Shown: one piece after another, positions 22,683-36,150 of the stretch | How positions within the stretch are numbered: position 1 is the first letter of the stretch | Layout of the letters: each line of letters begins with the position of its first letter | NCBI GenBank assembly: GCA_030704615.1 | Contig: CM060731.1 | Coordinates: 67,456,001-67,520,000 of the forward strand | Origin: Takakia lepidozioides | Taxonomy: Eukaryota; Plantae; Bryophyta | DNA length: 64,000 nucleotides | Reading direction: 5' to 3' | Notes under the pieces: generated by a model | What the model was told of the DNA's origin: nothing | Seen by the model: the letters and a program-made list of their open reading frames with translations, nothing else | Database searches by the model: none | Program-made: the position numbers and the translations under genes

Positions 22683-23870
22683 TTACTTTTTAAGCAAACT
22701 GCCATCGCCAAAAGCCTGACAGCCCAACAAATTTTTGACAAAATATTCACACATACAGTGTATGTTAGAAACCAGTAACATGCCTAGCAACCCTGTAACA
22801 ATGTGTCTAATCGCAGACGTCGTCGTGATTGAACTTGAAGAGTGTACGTTCAACTTCGGTGACAGGGACCACAGCGTATAATTCACCCAAACATTCAACA
22901 AGTATTGGTGGTTTGAATGTTGTGATTTGTCTTGTAAATGGTCTGGAGATACAGGCGTGATCCCATTGAGACCCACAGTAACGATCTTGTACGCCACAGT
23001 GGATATATCGAAGAGGAAATGCGCATGAAGAGAATACAGTGGTTGCCCAACTACTTCAACGCAATCAGAAGCATTTAGCATGATTAGTCTCTGTCCTTTG
23101 AAGTGCAACAGAGGTTTCAAGTCACAGACATTGTAACTATGGACGCCGCTAAACAGGACATTAAAATTTTTGAATGCAGCTCAAACTAGTTCACAGAATT
23201 CCAAATCATGTGAGCGACAACATTCGTAAGTAGTTTCCCTTGCTCAGCCAAAAAGTAAACTGAGCTCCTTTCACCACTACCTGACTTTCTCGTGGAGCTT
23301 TCTATGACTGAACAGTCACTCTTGGCCCTTACTACAGTTACTGCCCCCAAACTGATCTCGCTTCTGGCATACGCATCACGGATTCGATCAAGAAAGAAAA
23401 AATCCATGATCTTGAGTTGCCACAGTGAAAGTGGAGTAATGTTGAGATTCCGGACACCGATTGTTAAGAATTCTCCATAAGCGACCATGACCATCACGAA
23501 GGGATCGCGCTCTTTACATGGGGACCTTCTCGCTCTCTCTTGAGAGGGTTGAGAGTTGAGAAGCTGCCTGGCTCTGGGTGGAAGATTCAGGAAGGGGTGG
23601 TCTATCCGATTTCTGGGCTCCCATGCTTCTGTCAGCCATGTTGTGTGAGAATAGTTTGGAATGGTTTCCAAGGGCAATGGACAGCGGTAGAGGAGGAAAG
23701 GTTCATGGGCACCTGGATGTGGAGAAAAATGAGTGGGTCGCGGTCGCGCATAGTCACATTCAGTGAAGAAGTTGCGACACAGGCGAACATGCAAAGAGTC
23801 GAAATTCGGATGAGGAGGAATTTTGGCTGGGATATTTTCTTAAATTCCAGTCAGTGGTGGGACAAATATG
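22683..23870 (-). pseudogene. Possible degenerate F-box-type gene
   Basis: Two adjacent minus-strand ORFs (202 and 145 aa). The N-terminal VPPLTGI*ENIPAKIP..LHVRLCRNF weakly resembles an F-box. Confidence 0.25.
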
Positions 23871-24561
23871 CTAGCACATAACAGTTGGAATTGAGAAATT
23901 TCTCGCGAAGTAATGATGCCACCCACGGTGTCTCGCTCTCTCTCTAACAAATCTGACTGGGAGTGCACACATCCACTTGTGTTGCAAGCTGGAGGTATAA
24001 TAGAGCTCTGCTGTATCCAGCTTTTCTAGTATGTGGGCACTGGCGTAGAATTCCTCAGCTCACTTCCCTGTGACTAAATAACCGCATTCATCATATCTCT
24101 TGCAAACTAGAGCTAGAGGCTGGAATGTAGTTGGATTGTTTGTTAAGTGTTCCCCAGCAGTGTGACAATGTTGGCCTACTTTTCGATGCCCTTGCGGGTT
24201 GAAACTCCGCGGACGACCCTGGGAGGTTTAGTATCCAGTTGTAATTGGTGTTCAAGAGTGTCTTTTAGTGTTCGCTTGCAAGTTGATACTGTCCCTCTCT
24301 TTCTCCCACACACCATCAACATACAGTCTCCGTGTTCCGTGCTACTGTCCCAGGTAGTCTTGTATCTGTGTTTCCAAGATCCTTTGTGGGCTTTTCGTGG
24401 ATCTAAGAAGATCCATTCCTTCTTGCCACCAATTCAGCATAGGAACTAGTGTCTAGTCGGGGGAGGATGCTGTAAATTACAGGTTGCCAATGGCACATAA
24501 GGAAAGGGTCTAATCTTTATTTTGTGGAGGCAGGGATAGCTGAAGGAGGCAGGGATGAAGT

Positions 24562-26124
24562 GTGGGTGCAGATGAATTCCACAGCACCAGATTTCCAAGC
24601 ACAGACAACAGCCAGGCATTGTTGATAGACAGCTGCAGGAAACCTGCATGGATAGATGGTCAACTGGAAGCAACAGTAACACAGGTGTTTGAATCAGGCA
24701 CCTCCACCATGACCACTGCGTTTGAAAGAGGATTGAGAGAGGGAGTCCACAGGAACTCTTCTGGCACTTGTGGGGAGGTGAGGACATTATGTAAGGCAGG
24801 ACATCTGAACGAGGCTCTGCACATTATGAACCAAGGAGTTATGTGCGGCAGACTCCAATACTTACATCTACCTCTTGCAGGAGTGCACCAGACAAAAGGC
24901 GTAGAAGAGGGCAGGCAGGTACATGCCCACATTATGAAGACTGGATTCAAACCAAACATCTTTCTATCCAACACTCTTCTCAACATGTATGCCAAGTGCG
25001 GTAGCATTGTGGATGCACGGCTTGTGTTTGACAATATGCCTGAACGAGATGTGTCTACATGGACTACACTGATGGCAGGATATGCAAACCATGGGCGTGG
25101 TAGTGAGGCTCTTGAGATCTATCAGCAAATGATGGAGGAAGGATTGATGCCCAACAACGTGACATTCATTTGCGTTCTGAAAGCATGTGCGAGCCTAGGA
25201 GACTTGGGAAGGAAGAACAGTTCATGCTGACATCATCAAAGCTGGAATTGCATCAGATATTATTCTTGATACGGCCCTTGTCAACATGTATGCTAAGTGC
25301 GGGTACATTAAGGATGCTCGTCAAGTGTTTGACAATATGGCTGAACGAAATGTGGTTTCATGGAATGCGATGATTGCAGGATATGCTCAGCATGGGGTTG
25401 CTATGGAAGCTCTTGCAATGTATGAGCAAATGGTATGGGAAGGGGTGGCGCCCAACAAGGTTTCATTCACTTCTGTTCTCAAATGCATGTGCCAGGCTGG
25501 CAGCTCTGGAAAAGGGCAAGAAGGTGCATGCTGACATTATCAAAGCTGGAATTGTATCAGATGTCATTCTGGAGAATACCCTTGTTGATATGTATGCCAA
25601 ATGCAGTAGCATGAAGGATGCATGTCGAGTGTTTGACAATATGGCTAAACGGGATGTGGTGTCATGGAATGCAGCGAAGGTGAGGAAAATGATGCAGGAC
25701 AGAGGTTTAAGAAAGGAGCCAGGGTGCAGTTGCATTGAAGTGGACAAAAGTGTACATAAATTTGTTGTAGAAGACACATTTCATCCACAAATTGAGGAAA
25801 TCCATGCTGAGCTGAAGAGATTATCTGGGCATATGAAGGAGGCCGGATATGTGCCTGACACTCTTTGTGTTGCATGACGTGGAGGAAGAACAAAAGGAAC
25901 TTTCCCTTTGCCACCACAGCGAGAAGCTGGCCATTGCTTTTGGGCTCATCAGCACACCGCCTGGGACGCCTCTCCGCATCATCAAGAACCTTTGTGTGTG
26001 CGGTGACTGTCACACCGCCACCAAGTTCATCTCAAAACTTGTTGGGCGAGAAATTGTTGTACGGGATGCCAACCGCTTTCACCACTTCCAAGATGGGGTG
26101 TGTTCTTGTGGCGAATACTGGTGA
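24562..26124 (+). pseudogene. PLS-class PPR-DYW RNA-editing factor (PG-box type); frameshifted and internally deleted
   Basis: PLS motifs (VHAHIMKTG, NTLLNMYAKCGSIVDARLVFDNMPERDV, NVVSWNAMIAGYAQHG), PG box (KEPGCSCIEV), and DYW domain [24 protein letters not shown]. The frame changes near 25210, 25480 and 25865. Confidence 0.92.
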
Positions 26125-27689
26125 AAGAAGCAACACGCATGAATGAGTGTCCATGGGAATCATAATGTTCTAAGCGATTTGAGAAAGGTTGAGTTGAAAG
26201 TCAGACTGTACAATATGTGACGTGCCCAGGGTGATGATCACTGGAGCAGTACTATCACAGACCACCTTATGGCAGAGGAGTTGTCACCTGCTGTTTCAAT
26301 GGTAGTTGGCAAAATCCTGATGTTTCAGAAGCTGACAGTTTGCAATGAAAATTTCTTTCAAGAGGGACTGGGGATTAGCTGGATTCTCTACACTTGAGAC
26401 CCGTTCCTGTACTGCCAGGGAGAAACATCCAAATTCATTCTCTGGGTTTCCCTCCACCATATCAAACTCACCAGTTTTGGGGTCTTGGCATACTCGAGTG
26501 ACATTCACTGACATTGAAGGGCCCCATATCTGCATATCATGCTGGGAAAAGAGAATCCACCTCAAAGAGACAGCACTGGGACCACGTCGTGGCACGATTT
26601 TTTCTAAGCAGCAATTTCTCAGAAGAGGCAGGACTCCCAGAGTTTGATGTCACAAGGAGGCATGCGTGGTGGTGAGCGAGACTACATTGCATTGAGGGAA
26701 GTCTCTCAATTTGGGTCAGCAGTTGAGGCTGCAAGACTTCACCAAAAAGAGCTACAGAATGGGCATGATGCAATGAATCCATACAACACTGCTAGAGCTG
26801 ATCCCTACTCTGATGTTGACGTTGCACGACATTCACAGCACTTACTGCTTTGCAAGGACGGTGGTGAAGCTTACTTTGTGTGAAAGCTGGTACATACTTG
26901 GCACGAGCTGGCAGCACTGCTCTTCACTAATTGTATGACAGTCCGCCATTTTCGAATGGGAATGGGTGTATGGGTCGGTTGCTGGCAGCCTTTGTGCTTT
27001 GGGTAATCACGCCCTTTCCCTGTAACCTCGTTTGCTGATGGCAGCTCAGCGACATGCCAGCTGTTTCTGCAGACAATCAGATTTTTTGCCACACAATTTC
27101 AGTTCGAGTGTTCTGGCTCAGAAGTATTCTGTGCTAACAATTCAGAAATTATGTCTTTGATTGGAGATTTCTAAGAAGCAGTGGGCGTGAGATTGATGCA
27201 ATTCTAGCTGTGGTTGCCTGGTCATGAAATTATGGCGACACGATTCTATCCGTTGGCACACACTGCCATCTTTGTGTGCAAAAGGGGCAGGCAAACCCTT
27301 CATAAAATAACTTGCAGGAGGGTCTTAATACATAAACTGCTTAAATATCCAGAGGACCACCATTCTCAGTGCATGAGTCGTTTGCATCTTTTCAACTTCA
27401 ACTTGATTGTACCATTTCTCTACACTAAGGCGCTTGTGTGTACACAATCACATTACCTTAGCAGCAAACGAAACCAGAGAACAAGCTTAAAATTCCATTG
27501 AATCGATACCTGAGCCTCCATCATCCCTATTCGAAGTTTGAAAAAATTAAACCCTTGCGAGGCAATCAAATCATCTTTGAGCAAGATTCAAGCGTCCACG
27601 TAAAAAACAGTAAGCTCAGAATCATGGACCGGTGAAATCTCGGTTCTCATGAGACTGCAAATTAGAAGAACGCCCCCTTCACGAGAAGA

Positions 27690-27995
27690 CTGCAGGGGTG
27701 TGTTCTCTTAGCCCGCCAAATTAAAGGGCCACCCTATGCTCGTTTGTGAATGGATGAATGGAGTGGATGATGATATCAAACTATAAATGGACCTAGGGAC
27801 CATCCTCTCCTTAATTTCTCTCAATTTACTTGCGCCTGCAGCAGATGGTAATACGTCTGCAGGGGTGTGTTCTCTTAGCCCGCCAAATTAAAGGGCCACC
27901 CTATGCTCGTTTGTGAATGGATGAATTTAGTGGATGATGATATCAAACTATAAATGGACCTAGGGGACCATCCTCTCCTTAATTTCTCTCAATTT
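27690..27995. repeat. Near-identical tandem duplication (~138 bp, period ~167 bp)
   Basis: ctgcaggggtgtgttctcttagcccgcc...aatttctctcaattt occurs at 27690 and 27857. Confidence 0.9.
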
Positions 27996-30819
27996 TCTTG
28001 CAATGGACTCTTTTCTCTCGCATCTCACAAGGCTGCCAGGGATGCTAGGCTGTGGAAGAAATTTGAGGTGAACACCTCTTACGAGATTGCAATGGAAGCA
28101 AAGATGCATTTGGACTATCTCTTTACAACGGGTCGACATTTCCCGGGATCTCACAAGGCCTCCGGGGATGGATCGGTTCTGTCAAGACAAAGTCAAAGAA
28201 GGCAGGAGCTAAGCGCTTCTTAAAGGCTCTCTTGCCGGATCTCATTCGTGGGGAGCCACAAGGTCTCCGGGAATTGGGAGATGGCAAGGGAAAGCCAAAG
28301 AAGAAACGCGGCCAAACTGTCCTTCAAGTCTCTTTTGGCGGGTACTACTTCCTCGGGAGCCCACAAGGCCTCGGTGGAAATTGGGGAAGCCAAGAGAAGT
28401 AGTAACAAGGGGCAGGTGGGGCACTTGAAGTCGCCACCTCCTGCTCCAGTGACCCCGTAAGGGCCTCACAAAACAAACAAAAAAACACAATAAGGGTCCT
28501 TTGGACCCACCAACGCCAAATTTTTCATTTTTTCAACAACATTCTAAGTACCCTCTTATGAGCTCTCTCATGAAGCTCCTAGACCCAAAGCACACGAGAG
28601 CAGGTTTCGTGTTACATGCGGTGCCAATCAGTATACCTGGCGGGGATTCATTAGCGGGCGGATTTGGATTCACTCGTGAAGTAACTTCGGATTTGCTCAC
28701 AAGGTTTACAGCGTGGAGCTACTGCAAGTTATCGATGGAAGATCCTCTCGAAGCTGCAATTCTAACCATTTTTGTTGTAACCTCCGATGCATAATGCTGA
28801 GAATGCTTGTGGCCAATTACCTGATTCCCAGGTTGTGGCTGCGTTCCTGACACCAAGGGTACTCAGACTGATGGTAGAGCACCCATCCTGACTCAAGTTT
28901 TTCTTTGTAGTCTTTCACTGAGAGATCCTTGGGACTAGCAGGCCTGTTCTTCTGGATTGCTTCACCCTGTCCGCCCCATTTCGTTTTCATATTGGGGAGC
29001 AACAGACAAATTAAGTATGCATATGCATCTTCATTATATCTCACATGGTGATATTTCTTGCAGTTAGTGCAGTGGGGTTTGCTAACCTGCCAAATGCATA
29101 GTGGCATTCTTGCAGAGGGCATGGAAGTTGGGAAACACAACAAGAGATGTGTCAAGTCATGAGACTGGGGATACATTACATTACGGTCTAGACGGAGTGT
29201 TATTTCAAGCAGAGGGCCAGCTGTTAGCGCTGGCATTGAGCTTGATCCGTACCGAAGGTTAGCAGATGCTTATTTACAGGACGCTTCACCTTATGCTTCA
29301 AATGGTCTTTAGGGTGAGGGAGTGGCAGGGACCTTTTCTGACTAGCATAAGGTCTTTTTCGGATTTTAGGTTCATGGCTTTGTACACTAACTATTGCCCT
29401 TTCGCATTAATAATAAGTTGAATTTTTGTGGATCCCTAGGTGTACAGTTCAGGCTTGCGACGACGTGGGGGTGCAGGAGAAGGTGTAATGTTGGAGCCAC
29501 CAGTAACTGCTGTAGTGGACAACAAGCCACTTCTGAAAAGTGCGCAGGAGGATGAGAAATCTGAGTCTAAACTGGTGGATTCTGGTCGACATCCATAGAA
29601 ACATAGTCGAGAGCCTGTCAGCGTACAAACAATGAAAGAAATTTTGGCATCATGCGAAGAGAGAGATGAAACGAAATGAAATGGTACTTTAAAGAGGGGA
29701 AATGAAATCAAAATGGTGCTTTATAACGTCCGCGGGAGAAGAGAGAGAGCGAGAGAGGGGTGTATTGGGACATTACACTTTTCAGGAAGGGACTGAGAAT
29801 CTGGAACAGCTCATACCAATTGAATTGTCAAGTTTCTTAGCTTGTGTCATTGTGCCCTGTGACAGCAGTGACAGTGACGGTGATGGTTATTCAAGTGGAG
29901 GAGACACACCTAGCATGCTGAGAAGTAGCTTCTAAGTCCTTCCGATAAATACTTCTTGCCAAGTGCTGGAAAAACTATTCATAGGTATGTTTTCTTAATC
30001 CAACTGTCACCATTCCTACCAATCCTTAGTACAGACTTTTGGATGGATTGATCACTGGGTAGGAGATTTGCTTTTTTTTTTCATGTTATGTCAGTACTTA
30101 TGTAAAGGTTTCTAATCTGCATTCACCATATTCACATTCACCAGCCGTATTTTTTGCATCGATAAACCTCCAAGAATGATCCTAGAAGTTTGTCTTATGC
30201 AGAGAGACAGACAGACAGACAGACAGAGAGAAACCTTTATTACATCCATAGGAGCTTATGGGCCAAGAGTGTCAAACAAACATGAAATAAAAAAAAGGAT
30301 TCCATAACAAAATAAAGTGTACATGGGTGCGCAAAGACAGAGTGCCTCATGAAGTTAAGGAGCCGGCACTCCAATTGCCTCTGTCAAGTGTGGGTTAGTC
30401 TCCGAATGAACAGTAGTAGCTCCCTCTGATCTAAAGTATAGCTCCCTCTGTTCTGAGCTACTACTGGTTTTGATATGCAGTGAAGTTTTTCCTCTTCTTT
30501 GGTGGATGTTTTAAGCTTCTCTCTCTTTCCTCCTCGGACGTATAAACCAATTTCATTTCATTTCATTCCTTCTCCTCTTGCTTCTGAGTCACCTCTTTAT
30601 CAGTTGGCCCCAGGTCATTGCAACAGGCATGTCAAAGCATGGCGTCACAAACCTAACCACCAACTACGTCTACTCCCTTTCCTGCCCCTCCATTTTCACT
30701 TCACTGCATATCACAGCGCTCACACATGAAGGTGGCCATATTCAGTGATGAATGTCACCCTTCAATTGTGTGCACCTCTATACTGATGCTTATGTCATCT
30801 TTTTCCTTTCTATTTCATT

Positions 30820-31362
30820 CCCTGAACTTGTTTCCAGTCAGTGACATGGGGGAGGACATCTTGGATGACCTCAAGGGTCTACCCACTCTCGGCACTAGAC
30901 TGAAATTTAACTCAGGCGGAAGCCTACCTTTTGAACAGCAAACAGAAGCAGAGAGGAAAGGGAGAGTGCAATTGCCCCCTTGTGTGGGCAATCTGAAGAC
31001 AGTATTCATTTTCTGATACACTGTCCGGGGTTTCTCTCACCAAAGAGACGCTCTCCTTCAACTCTATCAAGGGATTGTGCCTGTACCACCCCTGTTTACC
31101 AACTTTGAAAGTCTCGAGGCTGAGCCAAAGCCCAGGCCCTCCCTGTAGGCCTAGTTTTTGGCAAATCACACACAGCAGATTGACGCTTGTGTGAAGGGAA
31201 TCTAGAGGATAGAGGGAAAACCCAGATTAATTCTATATATGAAGGTAAGTCTTACTCAAACGTCAGCCCCTGACAGAGGTAGGTTTTCGTCCCTTTTGTT
31301 TCCTGCTCACTGAGCGCGGGGTCCATGCCACAAGGCTACGCAAACAATGTCTTATGAGTACA
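30820..31362 (+). mobile_element. 5'-truncated LINE copy (3' end) of the same family as 52.3-55.3 kb
   Basis: Near-identical to 54900-55340 (DMGEDILDDLKGLPTLGTRLKF..). It ends in ggctacgcaaacaatgtcttatgagtaca. Confidence 0.9.
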
Positions 31363-32389
31363 ATCTATTTCATCAAGGAAATAAGTGCAACCATGCTGGC
31401 ACGTGGTGTGCAATGAGCCTATGAGAGAAAGACGTACTCATAAGACTTTGTTTTCTGTAGACCTATGAGAGAGAGAAACTGGGAGAGGGAGAGAGAGGAG
31501 ATGGGGGTTTGAGAGATGAATGTGGGGTGTAGCCATGGCTCTATAATGAAGATAAGAGGAGGGCAGCACTGGCAGATTCTACGTGGGGCTGCTGCCCTCA
31601 CCACACCAGAGCTGCTGTCACGAGGCCTTTTTCAGTGACTCAAGGTTTTAAGGTATGTGCAAATCTCTCTTCTCCTTTTATTTGTGGACGGAGGAACCGT
31701 CCGACTGAACATGCCAAAAAATGCTTACAGAGCACACAATCTCTAGGAGTGGCTTCTTCTTAGATTTTGTGATAGTCCAGTCACCCAAATGACAAACCTC
31801 TCATTTTGACCATGTGTTCTATTTCATTGCCAGGTATCTGTTTTCATGAATTTGGGTTCTAGTACAGGATTCTATCATGAACCAAACTATTAGGTGTGAT
31901 CATACAAGTGTAGTTCATGTCTAGATTACTGTAGCCTGCTTCTCGTGTGAAAACGTTTACTGTGCTGACGTTTGTTACCTCCTTACGCAGGAATGGTCAC
32001 CCACAACTGAAAGAAAGGCGCCCCCCGCGCCCCAAATTGAAAAATTCAAGTATACCACCCTATCGCAAGCCCCCCACATCCTCCCTGAAGTCCCTGTGGC
32101 TTCTCAGTGCTCATTTCTACACTGCCAAAACACTGCAGCGAAGGGATGTTTTCTGAGCTGTTTGCTCAAGTGTTGTGTCAGTTCTGGCCAAAGATGCTTT
32201 AGAACACCGATTTTGCCCCGCACGCATGGGATGAGTTGTAAAGGCAAAGTCAACAGGCCTTTTTCCAAAACAAGACTCCCGTAAGGGCAGTCTTCAACCC
32301 TGATGCGTGGGAACGAGACCCCAGTCATTTACGTGTTGCCTTCGAGGGTTGTGCATAATCCCTCCTCTCTTGTGGGCCACACTCTTGTG

Positions 32390-33195
32390 TGAGGTTGTGA
32401 ACTACAATCATATCATGCCAAACCCCATTTTCCCCACGCAAATAGTGTCATGAGACATTCTGCATTTTCGAGCAGTGGGACTTAATTTCGATGTTAACTT
32501 GAAGGCGGTTGGGACACCAGAGAAACTGGAAACTCCACCTCCAGAAGTTGAAACTACTCGCAAGGTAGTCATGTATTCGTCTCATTTCTTCTCAAACTGT
32601 CATTTTGAGTTATCATCCGACCCTTTAGATGTGCGCTGGATGGAGTGTAATTCAGGTTTAGGCATTTCTGTGGCACCGGACGTTTAATTTGTACATTTAA
32701 GGTGGTGTTTGTCTTTTTGGCACTCTTTGCTCCCAAGAGCATTAGTACCCCTTATCCGCGCAAATATTTCATGTGTAGCTGCTTTTCCATTTCACAGGTT
32801 ATGAAGAAGGCATCACAGAAGAAGATCGCAAAGAGGTCAAGGCTGAAGGCGTTCATTAAGGTTGTGAACTACACTCATATCATGATGATACATTCTGGAT
32901 TTGCAATGTGACACTTTCGATGTTGACTTGGGCAGTTGTGAACAACCAGAAACTGGAAACTACCTTCAAGAAAGTTGAAACTCGCAAAGAAGTCATGTAA
33001 TCATGACGTTTGCGAGAGTGGTATGAGGTTTGAAGTCCGTACCTACGATTGGCATCACTGTCGAGGCAATTGGTTGCCCATTGGTTGTTGCCATGACACT
33101 TGTTCTTCGGCAAAGACAGATGAGAGAGACCAGTCCCAGTGTTGGAGGAGCTATCCAAAACTGGCAAGACCAGGTGGGTTTTCTCAGAACTGCTA
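32390..33195 (+). pseudogene. RPL27: 60S ribosomal protein L27e pseudogene with partly duplicated exons
   Basis: VMKKASQKKIAKRSRLKAFIKVVNYTHIM; FDVNLKAVGTPEKLE..ETTRK plus a second FDVDL..KLE..KKVETRK; and C-terminal VLEELSKTGKTRW.F. Confidence 0.8.
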
Positions 33196-34339
33196 GTCTG
33201 AGTTATCCTCCTACCCTTCATATATGCGTTGGACATACTATAATTCTGCTATCTTGATTTGTTAGAACCAGACGTCCCATTTTCCAATTTTTGGACTTAA
33301 GGGGGGGTATGTTTTTTTCAGTCTTTCGCCCAACGTGGGTAGGAGTACCGCGTGCTGCATGGCTACATAAACCTGCATTTAAGATTCATGCTTAGGATTC
33401 ATGCAATTTCATGAAGGTCAAATTGTGTCTTTTCATGTTGGCCATTCTCTGCAGAATGGATGCTTTGATGAGGGGGAAGTTCGGCCAAAGAAATGTCCCC
33501 TTCATCACATATCCAATTTGGTGCTGCTCAGGCCTGCACAGTTCCTCCCCAGAAGTGGGAGCCCCATCCTGGGATGGGGACCTCGTAAGTACTTCTCATT
33601 TTGTACTCACCTTGTTTTTACATGACACTTGTGCTGCAAGAGGCAGAGCCATTTATTTGGCTGGAGGTTCCATTCCTCCGCAAGTGAGCTATTCCCTCGT
33701 CATTGCAATCAATTAGATGTGTTTGTGGTGGTTGCTAGATTTATGGCTCTGGGGGGTCTTGCCAAGTTCCTGCAAGGATCAACGTTAATGTGGACGTGGC
33801 AGTACTGCATGCAGCAAAAAAGCTGCATCACTGGTGAAGAAGACCATGCTGCAACATATGTGATGTTTATTGCTTGAAGAGTGCTGCAGCTGGCAGGTGG
33901 GAGAATGCAACAAGGTGGAATCAAAGCAAAGCAAGCAGAAAAAGGTGCTTTCCGGTCCTGCTCCTTTGGAGAAACCCCCCATTCCATTGATCTTTGTTGC
34001 TGGAAAGCATGCAGAGGGCCAAAAAAGGGCATGAAGATATTCACGTCTATGTACCGTACATGAAACACGAACACTTCCGCCTCACACGTCGGAAACAATA
34101 TTGGCAAGTAAATATAGTTTTGTTCACAAGACAGTACGGACCACATTCTTGGACATTATCCATTCGATTAATTGTCTCGTCCTTTCGCACTTGCAGGACT
34201 GTACAAAATGGGTTCTGCCCAACTAGACAGTAAGAGTCATTATGACAGCTCTGGTCTACGAGTTGCCAGCTTAATGGAGACTGAGATTCAGCCGGGCTCA
34301 CTGTCCGAATCAGAAGAATCTTTCCCTTCACTGCCCACA

Positions 34340-36150
34340 TTTGTAATTTGCCTTGCGCTTATTCTCAACCCTGGAATGTCTTCCTCATTAAAGGCAACTT
34401 CTCCTTCGAGACCGGTTCGGCCGTATCTGGTAGATTTTGTGGTTCCCTTAGACCCTCGTGGTCCGCCTTCTCCCCTAGCTCCAGATCATTCACGTCGGCC
34501 TCGACTCGTTTGCCCCGGGGGTCCTTGTGAAGAACCACCCATCCCGGCGCATGGGTGCCATCTGAAAAGAAAACTTGCTCTACTTGCCATGGGAAGATGA
34601 ATGGCTCCTCATCTGGTGGTAGCATTTTTCTGAAATCAGCAAGGAGGAAACTGTACTCACCATAGTCTAGTTTAAGGATTTCTGATGACTCCTACATATT
34701 GCAAAGGGCATGAAATTGGATTCTGATCTCGTGCATAGCTCCTACTCTCTTGTTCCAAAAACGATGCCACTCTGCTGTCAAAAGTCACGAGGAGGCTGGT
34801 GTTGGCATCATCCACTCTATAATGATTGCCATATGCTTTCATTGTACGGTACGAAGTGGCAATCAGCCCCGAGGGGAATGAGAGACTCACCATGCTCTGA
34901 TCTGGAACCTCGTTCTCTGATGCGTATGCTACAACCGCAAATCTGACCCACACTGCAAAGGGCTGCAGCTCCTCCATTGTTGTGGGGTACTCCACTGGGG
35001 ATCCCCTCCTACAACCGCCCCTCCGCCATACTCTTGCAAATGCACCCCGTTCGGCTTTCAGGCGGTCCTTCTCGGCTACGTACTTTTTGGCAGAAACAAA
35101 AAAGAAGCAGCAACTCAGTCCCCCTGACCAACACCGTATTATACATGCATGCCACATGCACATTATGTCCTTTCAAGAACACTGTAGTGATGCAGCCTAC
35201 TTCATAATCACTGACAAGCAACAACACCAACTAAGAAATACCCTCTGTAGTCGTGTACCCTGTTAGTACACGATCCTATTCCCATAGTGGCCGGAATGAC
35301 TTGTGTCAGTATAGGTAATTCCAACTTACTATGACCATTAAGAAAAGCACAGGAAGGATGTAAGTTTACACCGGCCACTGTCTCCATGGTGTTGTGGTTG
35401 TTGTGTTGTTTAGCAAATAATCATGTGTCACATCCTGAAGGCGAGGGCTCATGGTACGCTTTGTTCCACCACCTTCTAGGACCTTGCCTAGAACTTCTTC
35501 TTCTTCCTTGTTCTCGTCCCATACCCGTCGTTGTGTTGCATCAAATGAAGACATATATTCTATCATGAAGCTGGGCAGGGCTTCGTCGCAGATGTACCCC
35601 TCCGCCATACTCCCCTCAGGCTGTGCCATGTTGCGTACATACCCCTCAAGATCCTTTATATACCTCTCCATAGGGTACATCCAACAGCTGGCTACGGGCC
35701 CACACACATGCAGCTCATCTACAAGATGCACTAGCAAGTGCGTCATGACGTCAAAGAATGATGGAGGGAATTCTTCCTCCAGCAAACAAAGGGTCATAGC
35801 CACATCCTCACGCAACGATGTAATGTCCCTCGGATCCCACACCTTCGCACAAATCTTCCTAAACACTCGACTTACACGCATTATGGCCGTTCGAGGACCC
35901 GACGCCATCGCACTTCGGATACACACTGGCAAAATCTGCTGCATCAGCACATGTAGATCATGTCACTTCATCCCGACCATTTTTTGTTCATGGCGTTTTT
36001 TTGGAAAGCACCCGAGAATCCGGTTGGCACTTTCATGGCTCCCAACGTCTTTAAGAAGTGCTCTTGCTCTGATTTGGTGAGGACGTACGATGTTGTTGGC
36101 ATGAGCACTTTGTGAGGCCTTTGTGGATCAGGCCTCAGCCACATTCCTTT
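34340..36150 (-). mobile_element. CACTA (En/Spm) transposase remnant (DUF4218/DUF4216 regions)
   Basis: LMQQILP..LEEEFPPSFFDVMTHLLVHLVDE..GPV..WMYPMERY..VRNMAQPEGSMAEGY and DEEPFIFPWQVEQVFFSD..WVVLHKDPRGKR. Confidence 0.92.
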
